Part shown: in pieces, positions 18,015-28,172 of the stretch
Position numbering within the stretch: position 1 is the first letter of the stretch
How the letters are laid out: each line of letters starts with the position of its first letter
Assembly: GCA_040772485.1 (NCBI GenBank)
Contig: JAXGYC010000009.1
Span: 256,001 to 320,000 of the forward strand
Length of the DNA stretch: 64,000 bases
Direction of reading: 5' to 3'
Source: Sedimentisphaerales bacterium
Lineage (GTDB): Bacteria; Planctomycetota; Phycisphaerae; Sedimentisphaerales; Anaerobacaceae
Notes under the pieces: model-generated
What the model saw: the letters and a program-made list of their open reading frames with translations, nothing else
What the model was told of the DNA's origin: nothing
The model's database searches: none
Position numbers and translations under genes: made by a program

Positions 18015-18797
18015 ATGGTGAACCTCAGGACATACGGGCGAGCGCCTTTTGGCGTGGCGGTGATCCACGGCGGACCCGGCGCCGCCGGACAGATGGCGCC
18101 GGTGGCCCGGGAGCTGGCACGGGATATGGGGGTATTGGAACCGCTCCAAACGAAGCGGTCTGTCGAGGGCCAGATCGAAGAACTCAAGACCGTATTGGAG
18201 GCGAGCGCCGAACTTCCCGCGATCCTGGTAGGATTCTCGTGGGGCGCGTGGTTGAGCTACCTCTGTGCGGCGTATCACCCCGGTCTGGTCCGGAAGCTGA
18301 TCCTCGTCTCGAGCGCGCCGTTCGAAGAGAGATACGCATCGGGCATCCTCCAGACGCGCCTGGGTCGCCTGAGCGCCGACGAGCGGAGGCAGGTCCAGTC
18401 GATGATGGACGCCATGAAGGACCCCGATTCGGCCGACAAGGACGAGCTACTGGCCCGGTTCGGCAGGCTCTTCACCAGGACCGACGCGCGCGACCCCCTG
18501 ACGCTCGAAAGCGATGAGTTGGAGACCTCCTGGACGATTCACCAGAGTGTGTGGGGCGAGGCGGCCCACCTGCGAAGCACGGGCCGGCTTCTGGAGCTGG
18601 GCAGACAAATCGCCTGCCCGGTCGTGGCCCTTCACGGCGACTGGGACCCGCACCCGGCCGCCGGCGTCCGCGAGCCCCTGGCCAGCATTCTGAACGATTT
18701 CCGGTTCCTCCTGCTGCGCGACTGTGGACACACACCCTGGATCGAGAAGCGGGCCAAAGACGCGTTCTACGAGGTCCTCCGGGACCAGTTGTGCTGA
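18015..18797 (+). CDS. Alpha/beta-fold hydrolase
   Basis: IHGGPG, GFSWG nucleophile elbow, HGDWD, CGHTPW. Confidence 0.88.
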   Translation: MVNLRTYGRAPFGVAVIHGGPGAAGQMAPVARELARDMGVLEPLQTKRSVEGQIEELKTVLEASAELPAILVGFSWGAWLSYLCAAYHPGLVRKLILVSSAPFEERYASGILQTRLGRLSADERRQVQSMMDAMKDPDSADKDELLARFGRLFTRTDARDPLTLESDELETSWTIHQSVWGEAAHLRSTGRLLELGRQIACPVVALHGDWDPHPAAGVREPLASILNDFRFLLLRDCGHTPWIEKRAKDAFYEVLRDQLC

Positions 18798-19000
18798 CGG
18801 AGATCGCCGCCGGGCGAGGGGGCGGGCCCTCGGTGTGGTGCTGCCATCGTCCGAGAAGTCGACGGACCGTACGCGTTCGCGGCGGCGGACCCTGTTTTCC
18901 CTCCACGAAGAAGGTGGTTTCTATTGTATCCTGCGGAAGTGCCCCCAGGAAGCGGGAAGACCCATTGGAGAGGTGCCATCGGCAGGTCGATGAACGATTT

Positions 19001-19026
19001 GTAGGATGGGCTTTAGCCCATGCCGT
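19001..19026. repeat. GTAG-type REP, family 2
   Basis: GTAGGATGGGCTTTAGCCCATGCCGT, identical to 55944-55969. Confidence 0.85.
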
Positions 19027-19078
19027 ATCTGTGATCCGATGGAAGAATGGATGGTCGATGGTGAATACGGGAGCCAGT

Positions 19079-19561
19079 ATGGTCGCAACGTCGTCTCTGA
19101 AGGGGGTGCTGCTGGACAGCGCCAAGGAAGTGTTCGAATCGATGGTCTTCATGCCCCTGGAGGAGGTCGAAGGGCAGAGGCCGGACCACGAGAGTGTGAC
19201 GTTACTCGGGACCATCACCTTCGCTGGAAACCTTGAAGGTTGTCTGGGCGTCTGCTGTGACATGGCCGGCGCCCGCGCCATCGGCGCGGGCATGCTCTGC
19301 ATGGATTCGCCGGAGCAGATGGCGGATGAAGAGTTGGCCGATGCGATGGGTGAGATCGCCAACATGGTGATGGGGGCGGTCAAGACCCGCATCCAGGATG
19401 ACTACCAGAGCATTCTCATCTCTGTTCCTTCCGTGGTTCAAGGGCGCGAATTGCGCCGTCGCCCGAACGACGGGATGGTCCAGATCGTCGCCTCCACGCG
19501 GGCCGGCGGATCGCACCACGTGGAATTCTCCCTGACCTATCGCGAGGCCGGCGTCGCGTAG
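19079..19561 (+). CDS. cheX: CheX-like chemotaxis phosphatase
   Basis: EVFESM, ITFAGNLEG, DAMGEIANMVMG, ISVPSVVQG. Confidence 0.85.
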   Translation: MVATSSLKGVLLDSAKEVFESMVFMPLEEVEGQRPDHESVTLLGTITFAGNLEGCLGVCCDMAGARAIGAGMLCMDSPEQMADEELADAMGEIANMVMGAVKTRIQDDYQSILISVPSVVQGRELRRRPNDGMVQIVASTRAGGSHHVEFSLTYREAGVA

Positions 19562-19566
19562 GATCC

Positions 19567-19644
19567 GATTTCGAATTGCAGACTTCGGATTGCAGATTCG
19601 CAGCCAGAAGCGAATCCGAAATCCGCAGTCCCCAATCCACAATC
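19567..19644. repeat. Heptamer-arm palindrome between convergent genes (probable bidirectional terminator)
   Basis: gatttcg aattgca gacttcg gattgca gattcgc / gcgaatc cgaaatc cgcagtc cccaatc cacaatc. Confidence 0.85.
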
Positions 19645-20194
19645 AGGGCTGGGCGGGCTCCTGGTTGGAGCTTGGATAGCTGCGCCGATATCCTCCGCCG
19701 AGCAAGTCTTTCTTCAGCGCCTCGACGGCGGCCTGCGCATGATCGTCGAACCGCATGAACGTCTGCGTCAGCGCCGAGCCGACAATCGCTCCGGTGGCAC
19801 TGTCGACGACCCGGACGCGCAGTTTCATCAGTTTGCCCGGCCGATCCTCGTCTTTGTAGTAGCTGCACAGGAACAGCGCCTCGACGCCGAGAATCTCCTT
19901 GATGCGCGCCCGCGTCTTGTCGTTGAGCCGGCCCTGGAGCAGGTCCTGCTCGCCCACGATCTTGGCCAGCTCGCCCCTCTCGACGAAGGTAATGGGCTTG
20001 CCGACGAAGGTCTTGATGTAGGCGGCCATGAAGATCTGCTCCTGCTCGGGGTCCAGGCCGAGCACGGCCAGACGCTCATAGGTGATCAGCTCGGGTTTGG
20101 TGAAGACCGCCCGTGTGTTGCCCTCGCAGCCGGCCAGAAACGCCAGAATCATCGCAGTGCAAATGACAGCGACTACGTTGTGTCGTCCGTTCAT
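19643..20194 (-). CDS. Lipoprotein, CsgG/HfaB/LpoB-like fold
   Basis: AAGGAG RBS and lipobox LAGC. FVERGEL.KIVGEQ..ILGVEAL..VRVVDSATGAIV. Confidence 0.7.
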   Translation of the reverse strand: MNGRHNVVAVICTAMILAFLAGCEGNTRAVFTKPELITYERLAVLGLDPEQEQIFMAAYIKTFVGKPITFVERGELAKIVGEQDLLQGRLNDKTRARIKEILGVEALFLCSYYKDEDRPGKLMKLRVRVVDSATGAIVGSALTQTFMRFDDHAQAAVEALKKDLLGGGYRRSYPSSNQEPAQP

Positions 20195-20455
20195 CGTTGT
20201 CACTCCTTGAAAGTCGGTAGTCCGCCACAGGCGGATTCGCAAACGGCTATCTTATAGTATCGGCCGATCGTGCCCGAACTCTGTTGCCATTCTGGTTTTG
20301 GATTGCGGAAATCGTGCTCTTGCTGGGGTTTATCGAAGGTCTCGCGTTGCACGCAGGCCGACGGAGCGGTACGATGGCACTGACGGATGCGCCAAATCCG
20401 AAACAAGCACGAAAGCCCAAAACCCGAAACCTGAAAGCGGCCTGCGGCCAGGATT

Positions 20456-20483
20456 GCAGGGGCGAATGATGATTCGCCCCTGC
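20456..20483. repeat. REP palindrome
   Basis: GCAGGGGCGAATGATGATTCGCCCCTGC. Confidence 0.8.
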
Positions 20484-20501
20484 CTCCAGAGGACGGACCG
20501 A

Positions 20502-20993
20502 ATGCGAATTGGCATCATCTCCGACACGCACGACAACCATCGCAACGTTCGCAGGGCGATCGAGATCTTCAACGAGCAGGCCGTGGAGTATGTCCTCCAC
20601 GCGGGCGATATGACGAGTTCCTCCACGGCGTCGCTGTTCGCCGAGCTTTGCGGTAGCCGGTTCGTTGCGGTCATGGGCAACTGCGATGCCGACCGTCTCT
20701 CGCTTCGAATCGCCATCGAAGCGTTCGCAGGCGAGGCTCACGAGTCGCGCTTCGATGGATCGATCGACGGCAAGGCGGTCTACATGGCCCACATCCCGCA
20801 CGCGGTCAAACACGCGATCGACAGCCAGGCGTACGACCTGGTCGTCTACGGTCACACCCACCGTCAGGCCATTCACCGCGTCGGCAGGACCCTGATCGTC
20901 AATCCCGGGGCCGCCCGGAACTGGATGGGCGAGGGCGGTCACGTGTTGATCGTCGATCTGTCCGATATGAGCGTCACCGCCCAATCGCTGTGA
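20502..20993 (+). CDS. YfcE/MJ0936-family metallophosphoesterase
   Basis: SDTHDN, HAGD, GNCD, GHTH, NPG. Confidence 0.9.
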   Translation: MRIGIISDTHDNHRNVRRAIEIFNEQAVEYVLHAGDMTSSSTASLFAELCGSRFVAVMGNCDADRLSLRIAIEAFAGEAHESRFDGSIDGKAVYMAHIPHAVKHAIDSQAYDLVVYGHTHRQAIHRVGRTLIVNPGAARNWMGEGGHVLIVDLSDMSVTAQSL

Positions 20994-23811
20994 CCGCGCC
21001 GGCCGCCGTTCCGCGGGTCACCTCGTAGTAGTAGCTCGCATAGCGCCCGTCAATGCGGAAGGTGTTGTCGGTGTCCCGATGGATATCGGGACCGGTGGGC
21101 ACGCCATAGACGTCAACGACCTTCACCGATTTCAGCGGCTCCCCTTTGATCGAGATCGTCGCCTGCACCGGTTCGAGCAGCAGGGGCGGCCCGCCGGCAT
21201 CAAGCAGCTCCGTCCCGTCGCTGTTGTAGGTGGCGCCGTACTGTTTGTCACGAGCCATCGCTGTGATCAGGATGTGTCCCGATTCGACGAGCGGACGGTT
21301 ATCCAATGGGGTCAGCAGAAGACTGACGAACGGTGTATCGATGTCCCGGACCGTCACGCCCGGCAGATCGTATGATTCGCCTGCCGCGAAACCGATAATC
21401 CCCTGCGTCTTGTCGGACTGGACCACGACGACGCGACGGGCGTAGTCCCACGCGAGCTGGCCCGTGTTGCTGCGCACGGTCTGGGTGGCTCGGTCCCACC
21501 AGCCGGACAGGCTCTCGAGTTGCGAAGGGGCCTGACCATCCTCGATCTTGAGTGTCACACGCCCGATGGCCAGAGCCTCGACGGGGATATTGCCCTGACC
21601 CAGCAGTTCGCTCTCATCGTAGCCGGACCGGCCCTGGGTCTGCTGTAACGCATCGATCCCCGCGAAGATCTGATCGGTCGCCAGCCGGCGCGCCGCCACG
21701 ATCGAACCCTCGTCGAAATGGTTGTTGTAGACGGCAAAGGCCAGGGCGGGAAACTGACCGATATAGTGCGGCGTCTCCGTCACGTAGGAATTCATACTGG
21801 GCCAGCCGTTGCCCATGTAGCTTCGCGAGCCGGCGAAATGATACGAAGCGTCCCAGCCCTGAAGCCCCATGCCATAACACGCCATCAGCGGCGCGATCTC
21901 CGCCTTCCACTGGTTGGGCGGTTTCTGCGTCCATTCGGTCATGATGAAGGGTCTGTCCTCCACCTGCCAGAGCCCGCTGGACAGGATGCCCCGGCCCGGC
22001 CGGGTCAGGTGCGTCTCGTTGTTGACCGAGCCGGTAGTGATGCCGTGCCCTCCGGCGCCGCCCCCCGAGTAGTTGTGCCGGTCGATCGCGTCGACTGCGT
22101 CATCGGTCCAGAGATTGGCAGCCGACGCGGCTGGACCGCCCGCCCTCCAGGCCGTGCTCACCACCACCGCCTTGTACCCAAGCTCGCGCAGACGCTGCTG
22201 ATACGTGACGTAGGTATATCGCTGCATCTCGGCCAGGAACCGGATGAAATCACCCATCCGTTTCTTCTCGGCGTTCTTGTTCGAGAACGGGCCGTCCGCC
22301 TCCATCTCCCAGGCGGCGTAGATCGCCATGTTGATCTCGTTGACGGAATCCGGTCGGCTCTGCACCGACCCGTCATCGTTGTATCTCGTCGTGGTCTTGC
22401 GGCCGGCGCCCCACGCCGCGGCCAGGAGCCGGTCATCGCCGTACGCGCCTTTGACCCACTGCTGCCACATCTTCTTGAGGCGGGCGGCGTGATTCGGATG
22501 CGTCCGGCCCTTGACAAAGGAATCGCCCAGCGGATTGTGGAAGAAGATGCTGTCTTCGTTCCGTGCTTCGACGATCGCCAGAGCCGGGTCGTCCTTGTAG
22601 GCCAGGCCCGTGTACGGATTGACGTGGTTCAGCAAGGCCTTTGCATATTGCCACTGCGAGTCCTGGTATTCCTCGACGAAGGTGGCCAGGCCGTATGTGT
22701 CTTTGCCGGCGCCGCTGTTCGGCAGTTCGTTGTAGAGGGCCGGATCGATCCCCTGATCGGGCAGCACCACGTGGTGGTAGAAAATCGACCACGTCATGTG
22801 GATGCCCTGGTTCTTGAGGATGCTGAACCATCGATCGAACCGGTCGAGCTTCTCGGCGTCGAAGCACCGCTGCGGCCCGCATTTCTGGAGCGAGCCGAGG
22901 ACCCCTTCGACGGGATGTTGGCGGACCATGTTGATCCCGTGCTTGGCATAGAACCTCGCCTGCCTCTGCTGGGCCTCGACCGTTCCGGTCATGGAGGCGT
23001 CGATCCCCCAGAACTTCACAGGTGTGCCGTCTTCGAACGCGAAGTCCTTCCCGGCGGATTTGAGGAAGCCGTGCGTCCCGGCGGGCCTGTCGATCAGGTT
23101 GCTCATGTCGATGATCGAATCGGGCGAGTACGGATCGGGTCCGACCGTCAAGGCGAACCAATCGGCGGGGCCGGGGTCGGGTGCGTTCGCATCCGGCGCC
23201 AGCACGCCCGTGGGCGCCCACGGGAAATTCGTCAGCGCCATCACGTCGATGCCACCGTGATTGTCCTGCTCGCCGTTGCGAAGGGACAGGCGGATTTGCA
23301 GCTCGTAGAGGCCCTGAGGCAACTCGAACGCGGCGCCGTAGCACCACGCGATGAAGCGGATGTCGATGCCCGGATCGACCAGGTCGATCATGTTGTCCCG
23401 GGCATCCGATGTGTCGAGCGTCTGCCAGGCGGACCACGACCCGCGAGTGGACCGGTGTCGATAGCTGTAGTTTCCGCCGCCGTTGCTGTTGCGAAAGGGG
23501 TTCAGGCGGACCCACCATGTGTAAGCGCCGCCCTCCGTGACGCTGAAACGATAGGTCGCGATCGCCTCGCCGTCGCCGAAGTGGACGTGCCAGTCGCCGT
23601 CGGGTCCGCCGGGCTGGCCGGGAGAGAGCAGGTCCTTGCCGATGTTCGTGTTTCGATACCAGCCGTGCCCGTTGAAGGAAGAGCTTGCGGCGTCCTCACC
23701 CTCGATCCAGATCGCCTCCTTCGCAACGGCGGGTGACGGTCCGATCGACAGGAGGATTCCCGCAACCAGCAGTGAGAAAGCCAACTCGATGTGTGCCATT
23801 TTCGACAACAT
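20974..23811 (-). CDS. Large secreted clan GH-A-like glycoside hydrolase with N-terminal CBM-like domain
   Basis: Signal peptide and an IWIEGED N-terminal domain. GINMVRQH, HVNPYTGLAYKDDPALA, RNED, DRHNY, MTEW. Confidence 0.72.
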   Translation of the reverse strand: MLSKMAHIELAFSLLVAGILLSIGPSPAVAKEAIWIEGEDAASSSFNGHGWYRNTNIGKDLLSPGQPGGPDGDWHVHFGDGEAIATYRFSVTEGGAYTWWVRLNPFRNSNGGGNYSYRHRSTRGSWSAWQTLDTSDARDNMIDLVDPGIDIRFIAWCYGAAFELPQGLYELQIRLSLRNGEQDNHGGIDVMALTNFPWAPTGVLAPDANAPDPGPADWFALTVGPDPYSPDSIIDMSNLIDRPAGTHGFLKSAGKDFAFEDGTPVKFWGIDASMTGTVEAQQRQARFYAKHGINMVRQHPVEGVLGSLQKCGPQRCFDAEKLDRFDRWFSILKNQGIHMTWSIFYHHVVLPDQGIDPALYNELPNSGAGKDTYGLATFVEEYQDSQWQYAKALLNHVNPYTGLAYKDDPALAIVEARNEDSIFFHNPLGDSFVKGRTHPNHAARLKKMWQQWVKGAYGDDRLLAAAWGAGRKTTTRYNDDGSVQSRPDSVNEINMAIYAAWEMEADGPFSNKNAEKKRMGDFIRFLAEMQRYTYVTYQQRLRELGYKAVVVSTAWRAGGPAASAANLWTDDAVDAIDRHNYSGGGAGGHGITTGSVNNETHLTRPGRGILSSGLWQVEDRPFIMTEWTQKPPNQWKAEIAPLMACYGMGLQGWDASYHFAGSRSYMGNGWPSMNSYVTETPHYIGQFPALAFAVYNNHFDEGSIVAARRLATDQIFAGIDALQQTQGRSGYDESELLGQGNIPVEALAIGRVTLKIEDGQAPSQLESLSGWWDRATQTVRSNTGQLAWDYARRVVVVQSDKTQGIIGFAAGESYDLPGVTVRDIDTPFVSLLLTPLDNRPLVESGHILITAMARDKQYGATYNSDGTELLDAGGPPLLLEPVQATISIKGEPLKSVKVVDVYGVPTGPDIHRDTDNTFRIDGRYASYYYEVTRGTAAGAVTAIGR

Positions 23812-24044
23812 GATTGCTCCTACCCTCCCAGGGAAATCCGAAGTCCTCATATGGCGCGTACACGCACCTCGGCTCGATTGGAGCGCAGTATATCAGAACG
23901 GCAGTGGAATTGCGATGGTTCGGGCTGCGGAGGCCTGGGGCGGTATGGAAGAGGGGCAGAAGGCGGGTGGCAGCCTCAAGCGAACCCTCCCGATGGACAT
24001 CGGGACCAAGGCGCTTGAGGCTGTCACCCGCTTGGTTTGCGCGA

Positions 24045-24926
24045 TCAGGCACGCATCTTCCGGTAGTTCTTCAGGCACAACTCAATCGCTTCGAGCGGCG
24101 GGTAGACGTCCTTCTCTTCCTCGATGATGTACCATTCGGTCTTGCCGATCGTCTCGCTCAGGGCGAAGACTTCGTCCCATTTGACATCCCCTTCGCCCAG
24201 GATGGCGTTCTTGTTGGTCGCGGAGTATTCCTTCAGGTGGACCGTGAGCGACCGACCAGGATACTTCTTCAGATAGGCGATCGGATCGCCGCCGCCGTCC
24301 ATGCAGTTGCCGGTGTCGATCTGCATGACGACACTCTTGCCTGTGTTGCCGAACAGAATGTCCCACGGCACCTCGCCACTGTCGAGGGCGTGGAAGTCAT
24401 GGGCGTGACAGTGATAGCCGACGACCATTCCCTCTTTCTCCACCCTCGCAGCGACCTCGTTGAACCGCTTGGCGTGATCGAGCCAGGCCTGCTTCGGATT
24501 AGCGTCGTTGGGCTGGAGCCAGGGACAGATCAGGTACTTGTTGCCGAGGATCTGGTTGAACTCGATGGTCGCCTCCAGGTTGGCGGGCAGCAGCGTATCC
24601 ATCTGGGTGTGCGTGCCGCAGCACTTCAGGCCGTTGTCGTCGAGGATCTTGCGCAGACTCTTGGCGGCGTAGTCGTAATAGCCGGCGAACTCGACGCCGT
24701 CATAGCCCATGGCGGCCACCTTGGCGACGGTGCCGGGCAGGTCCTTGGCGCACTCGGCGCGGACCGAGTAGAGCTGCACGCCGATCGGCATCTTGCGTTT
24801 GGCGAACGGCTTCTTCATTCCGTCCGCACAGCCTGCTCCCATCAGACCGGCCGCAGCGAATGACGCGGCGGTAGTGGCCAGAAAGTCACGACGGGAAAGC
24901 CTGGATTGCCCTTGCTGGTTCTTCAT
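24045..24926 (-). CDS. Tat-exported sugar-phosphate isomerase/epimerase (AP-endonuclease-2 TIM barrel)
   Basis: SRRDFL Tat motif. GVQLYSVR, GYDGVEFAG, QIDTGN, VHLKE, IIEEE. Confidence 0.9.
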   Translation of the reverse strand: MKNQQGQSRLSRRDFLATTAASFAAAGLMGAGCADGMKKPFAKRKMPIGVQLYSVRAECAKDLPGTVAKVAAMGYDGVEFAGYYDYAAKSLRKILDDNGLKCCGTHTQMDTLLPANLEATIEFNQILGNKYLICPWLQPNDANPKQAWLDHAKRFNEVAARVEKEGMVVGYHCHAHDFHALDSGEVPWDILFGNTGKSVVMQIDTGNCMDGGGDPIAYLKKYPGRSLTVHLKEYSATNKNAILGEGDVKWDEVFALSETIGKTEWYIIEEEKDVYPPLEAIELCLKNYRKMRA

Positions 24927-24975
24927 GTTCCTTCACCTCGTTTCATCGTCCTGTTTCGGTTCGGTTAATGGGTCT

Positions 24976-25145
24976 GTAGGGGCGAATGATTATTCACCCC
25001 TGCGTTGGCATGATTGTAGGGGCCTGCGAGACGTCGGTCAAACGCAAAACCCGGCCTGGGCACGCGTGAAAACCGTTGCGAAACCGGCCCGGACACGCGA
25101 TGATGGGGGGCCGTTGAGTACGGGCGAATCATGATTCGCCCCTAC
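24976..25145. repeat. Inverted pair of REP palindromes (REPIN-like doublet)
   Basis: Copies at 24976-25003 and 25118-25145. The reverse complement of the latter differs from 9011-9038 by 1 nt. Confidence 0.75.
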
Positions 25146-25167
25146 ACACAGATTGAGGAGAACCGCT

Positions 25168-26517
25168 ATGAATCGTCGTCAATTCCTTCGAGCCACCACC
25201 GCCACAGTCGCGCTGAGTTCTTTCGGAGGACTCGTCCCGGCCTTCGCGCAGCCCAAGCGCAAACGCGTCGCCCTGATCGGGACCGGCTGGTACGGCAAGA
25301 GCGCCCTGTTCCGTCTGCTCCAGATCGCGCCGGTCGAGGTCGTCTCGCTGTGTGACGTGGACCGGAACATGGTCGCCGAGGCCGCCCAAATGGTCGCCGC
25401 CCGCCAGGCGTCAAAGAAGACGCCCCGCACCTATGGCGACTACCGGCAGATGCTCAAGAACGAGGAGTTGGACATCGTGCACGTCGCGACGCCGGACCAT
25501 TGGCATGCGCTGGCGATGATCGCGGCGGTCCAGGCGGGCGCCGACGTCTATGTCGAAAAGCCGATCAGCACGGACGTCGTCGAGGGGCAGGCGATGCTGG
25601 CGGCCGCTCGCAAGCACGGCCGCATGGTCCAGGTGAACATGCAGCGGCGCAGCACGCCGCACCTCATCGAGGCGCGCGATCGCGTCATCAAGGAGGGCAA
25701 GCTGGGCAAGGTCGCCCACGTCGAGATCTGCTGCTACTATCCGATGCGGGCGCGGGGCAACCCGGGCGAGCTGGCGCCGCCTGAGAGTCTCGACTACGAG
25801 ATGTGGACCGGTCCGGCCCCGATGCGGCCCTACAATCGCTGGGTCCATCCTCGCGGGTGGCGGGCCTTCATGGAATACAGCAACGGGATCGTCGGTGACA
25901 TGGGCGTGCACATGCTCGACATGGTCCGCTGGCTGCTCGATCTGGGCTGGCCGACTCGCATCAGCTCCTCCGGCGGCATTCTGGTCGACAAGGCCAGCGC
26001 TGCCAACATCAGCGACACGCAGATCGCCACGTTCGAGTTTCCTGAATGTCCGGTGGTCTGGACGCATCGCACCTGGGGCAGCGCCCCCGACCCCGAGTAT
26101 TCGTGGGCGGGAATCATCTACGGCGAGAAGGGAACGCTCAAGGCCGACGTCCACAAGTATGAGTTCATCCCGCTGGGCCAGGGCGAACGGATCAGCGGCA
26201 AGGCCCTGTACGAATACGACAAGTATCCCGAGGACGAGACCGAGAAGGACCTGGAGCGGCACGTCGCGGCGCCGATGCGGCGTCACTGGCAGAACCTGCT
26301 CGATTCGATCGAGACGCGCCGCCGGCCCGTCTGCGACATCGAGCAGGGCTACATCACCGCGACCTCCTGCATCCTGGCGAACATGGCGTGCCGGCTCGGA
26401 CGCACGCTCCAGTGGGACCCGCAGCAGGGCAGGGTGGTCGGCGACGACGAGGCGAACCGCCTTCTGGCCCGGCCCTATCGCAGTCCGTGGGTCCATCCCG
26501 ATCCTGCCAACGTGTAA
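25168..26517 (+). CDS. Tat-exported Gfo/Idh/MocA oxidoreductase
   Basis: NRRQFL, IGTGWYG, TPDHWH, YVEKP, DMGVHMLD. Confidence 0.92.
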   Translation: MNRRQFLRATTATVALSSFGGLVPAFAQPKRKRVALIGTGWYGKSALFRLLQIAPVEVVSLCDVDRNMVAEAAQMVAARQASKKTPRTYGDYRQMLKNEELDIVHVATPDHWHALAMIAAVQAGADVYVEKPISTDVVEGQAMLAAARKHGRMVQVNMQRRSTPHLIEARDRVIKEGKLGKVAHVEICCYYPMRARGNPGELAPPESLDYEMWTGPAPMRPYNRWVHPRGWRAFMEYSNGIVGDMGVHMLDMVRWLLDLGWPTRISSSGGILVDKASAANISDTQIATFEFPECPVVWTHRTWGSAPDPEYSWAGIIYGEKGTLKADVHKYEFIPLGQGERISGKALYEYDKYPEDETEKDLERHVAAPMRRHWQNLLDSIETRRRPVCDIEQGYITATSCILANMACRLGRTLQWDPQQGRVVGDDEANRLLARPYRSPWVHPDPANV

Positions 26518-26547
26518 AGGAGTGGTGTATGTCGTCCGCTACGATCT

Positions 26548-26643
26548 ATACCAAAAAGCAAGAAGCAAAAATCAAAATAGTGGAATCCGCCTTCGGCGGA
26601 TGACCTCCTTCATTTTACCGTTTGATACTTGATCTTTGATTTC
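26548..26643. repeat. Heptamer-arm element with central TCCGCCTTCGGCGGA hairpin
   Basis: A-rich CAARA heptamers, then the hairpin, then TTTGA heptamers. Relatives at 9039-9095 and 40521-40612. Confidence 0.85.
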
Positions 26644-26668
26644 AGCCGTCAGGTAAGGGGACACACAT

Positions 26669-28156
26669 ATGGCGCTACTGATGGGATACGATGTTGGCAG
26701 CTCTTCGGTCAAAGCCACGCTGATGGATGCGGGCACGGGCAAGGCGCTGGCGTCGGCGACCTCGCCGGACCGGGAGCTGGAAATCATTGCGAAACAGGCG
26801 GGCTGGGCCGAGCAGCACCCGGCGACGTGGTGGGAGCATGTCAAGCTCGCCACGCAGAAGATCAAGGCGACGGTCGCGTTCGACGCCTCCGACGTCAAGG
26901 CCATTGGCATTTCGTATCAGATGCACGGCCTGGTTCTGGTCGACAAGAGCAAGGAGGTGTTGCGGCCCTCGATCATCTGGTGCGACAGCCGGGCCGTGCA
27001 GATCGGCCAGAAGGCGGCCAGGGACATCGGCGCCAGAAAATGCCTCAAGCGGCTGCTCAATCTGCCCGGCAATTTTACCGCCTCGAAGCTCGCCTGGGTC
27101 AAGGCCAACGAGCCCAAGACCTATGCGAAGATCCACAAGATGATGCTACCGGGGGATTTTGTCGCGATGAAGATGACCGGCGAGATCCGGACGACGCCGT
27201 CGGGCCTGTCCGAAGGAATCATGTGGGATTTCGAGGAAGATCGACTCGCCGATTTCGTCCTGGACAATTATGGCATCTCCAGTGACTTGATCGCCGAGAC
27301 GGTTCCGACGTTCTCCGTCCAGGGCGAGCTGACGTCTGCGGCGGCGGCCGAGCTGGGCCTGGCGGCGGGCACGCCGGTCAGCTATCGGGGAGGCGACCAA
27401 CCCAACAACGCGCTGTCGCTGAGCGTGCTGAAGCCGGGCGAGGTCGCTGTCACCGCCGGCACCTCCGGCGTCGTCTACGGCGTCACCGACCAGAGCAACT
27501 ACGATCCGAAATCGCGCGTGAACATCTTCGTCCACGTCAACCACACGGCGAAGAAGCCGCGTTACGGCGTGCTGCTGTGCCTCAACGGGACCGGCATCCT
27601 GAATAGCTGGCTCAAGCACAACGTCGCCGGCGAAGGGCTCGACTATCCGCAGATGAACGATCTGGCCGCGACCGTGCCGGTTGGCTCCGAGGGTCTTGTG
27701 ATCCTGCCCTATGGCAACGGCGCCGAGCGGACGCTGGAGAATCGCAACATCGGCGCCTCCGTTCACGGCTGGAACTTCAACATTCACAAGAAGGCTCACT
27801 TCCTCCGCGCCGCGCAGGAAGGCATCGTCTTCGCGCTCAATTACGGCCTGGAAATCATGCGCGACATGGGCACGAAACTCAAGACGGTCAAGGCGGGCAA
27901 CGCCAACATGTTCCTCAGCCCGCTGTTTGCCGAGGCGTTTGCGACGATCACGGGCGCAACCGTCGAACTGTACAGCACCGACGGCTCCCAGGGCGCAGCG
28001 CGCGGCGCCGGCATCGGCGCCGGAATCTACAAGGGCCCGCAGGACGCCTTCGTCGGCCTCGAACCGGTGCGAAAGGTCGAGCCCAACAAGAAGCTCAAGA
28101 AGGCCTACCAGGGGGCCTACGAGAATTGGCGCGCGGTGTTGAAGCAGCAGCTTTGA
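26669..28156 (+). CDS. xylB: Xylulokinase (FGGY family)
   Basis: GYDVGSSSVKA, ISYQMHGLV, IWCDSRA, NFTASKL, GGDQPNNA, GTSGV. Confidence 0.85.
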   Translation: MALLMGYDVGSSSVKATLMDAGTGKALASATSPDRELEIIAKQAGWAEQHPATWWEHVKLATQKIKATVAFDASDVKAIGISYQMHGLVLVDKSKEVLRPSIIWCDSRAVQIGQKAARDIGARKCLKRLLNLPGNFTASKLAWVKANEPKTYAKIHKMMLPGDFVAMKMTGEIRTTPSGLSEGIMWDFEEDRLADFVLDNYGISSDLIAETVPTFSVQGELTSAAAAELGLAAGTPVSYRGGDQPNNALSLSVLKPGEVAVTAGTSGVVYGVTDQSNYDPKSRVNIFVHVNHTAKKPRYGVLLCLNGTGILNSWLKHNVAGEGLDYPQMNDLAATVPVGSEGLVILPYGNGAERTLENRNIGASVHGWNFNIHKKAHFLRAAQEGIVFALNYGLEIMRDMGTKLKTVKAGNANMFLSPLFAEAFATITGATVELYSTDGSQGAARGAGIGAGIYKGPQDAFVGLEPVRKVEPNKKLKKAYQGAYENWRAVLKQQL

Positions 28157-28172
28157 ATGCGGGAGGTGTACG

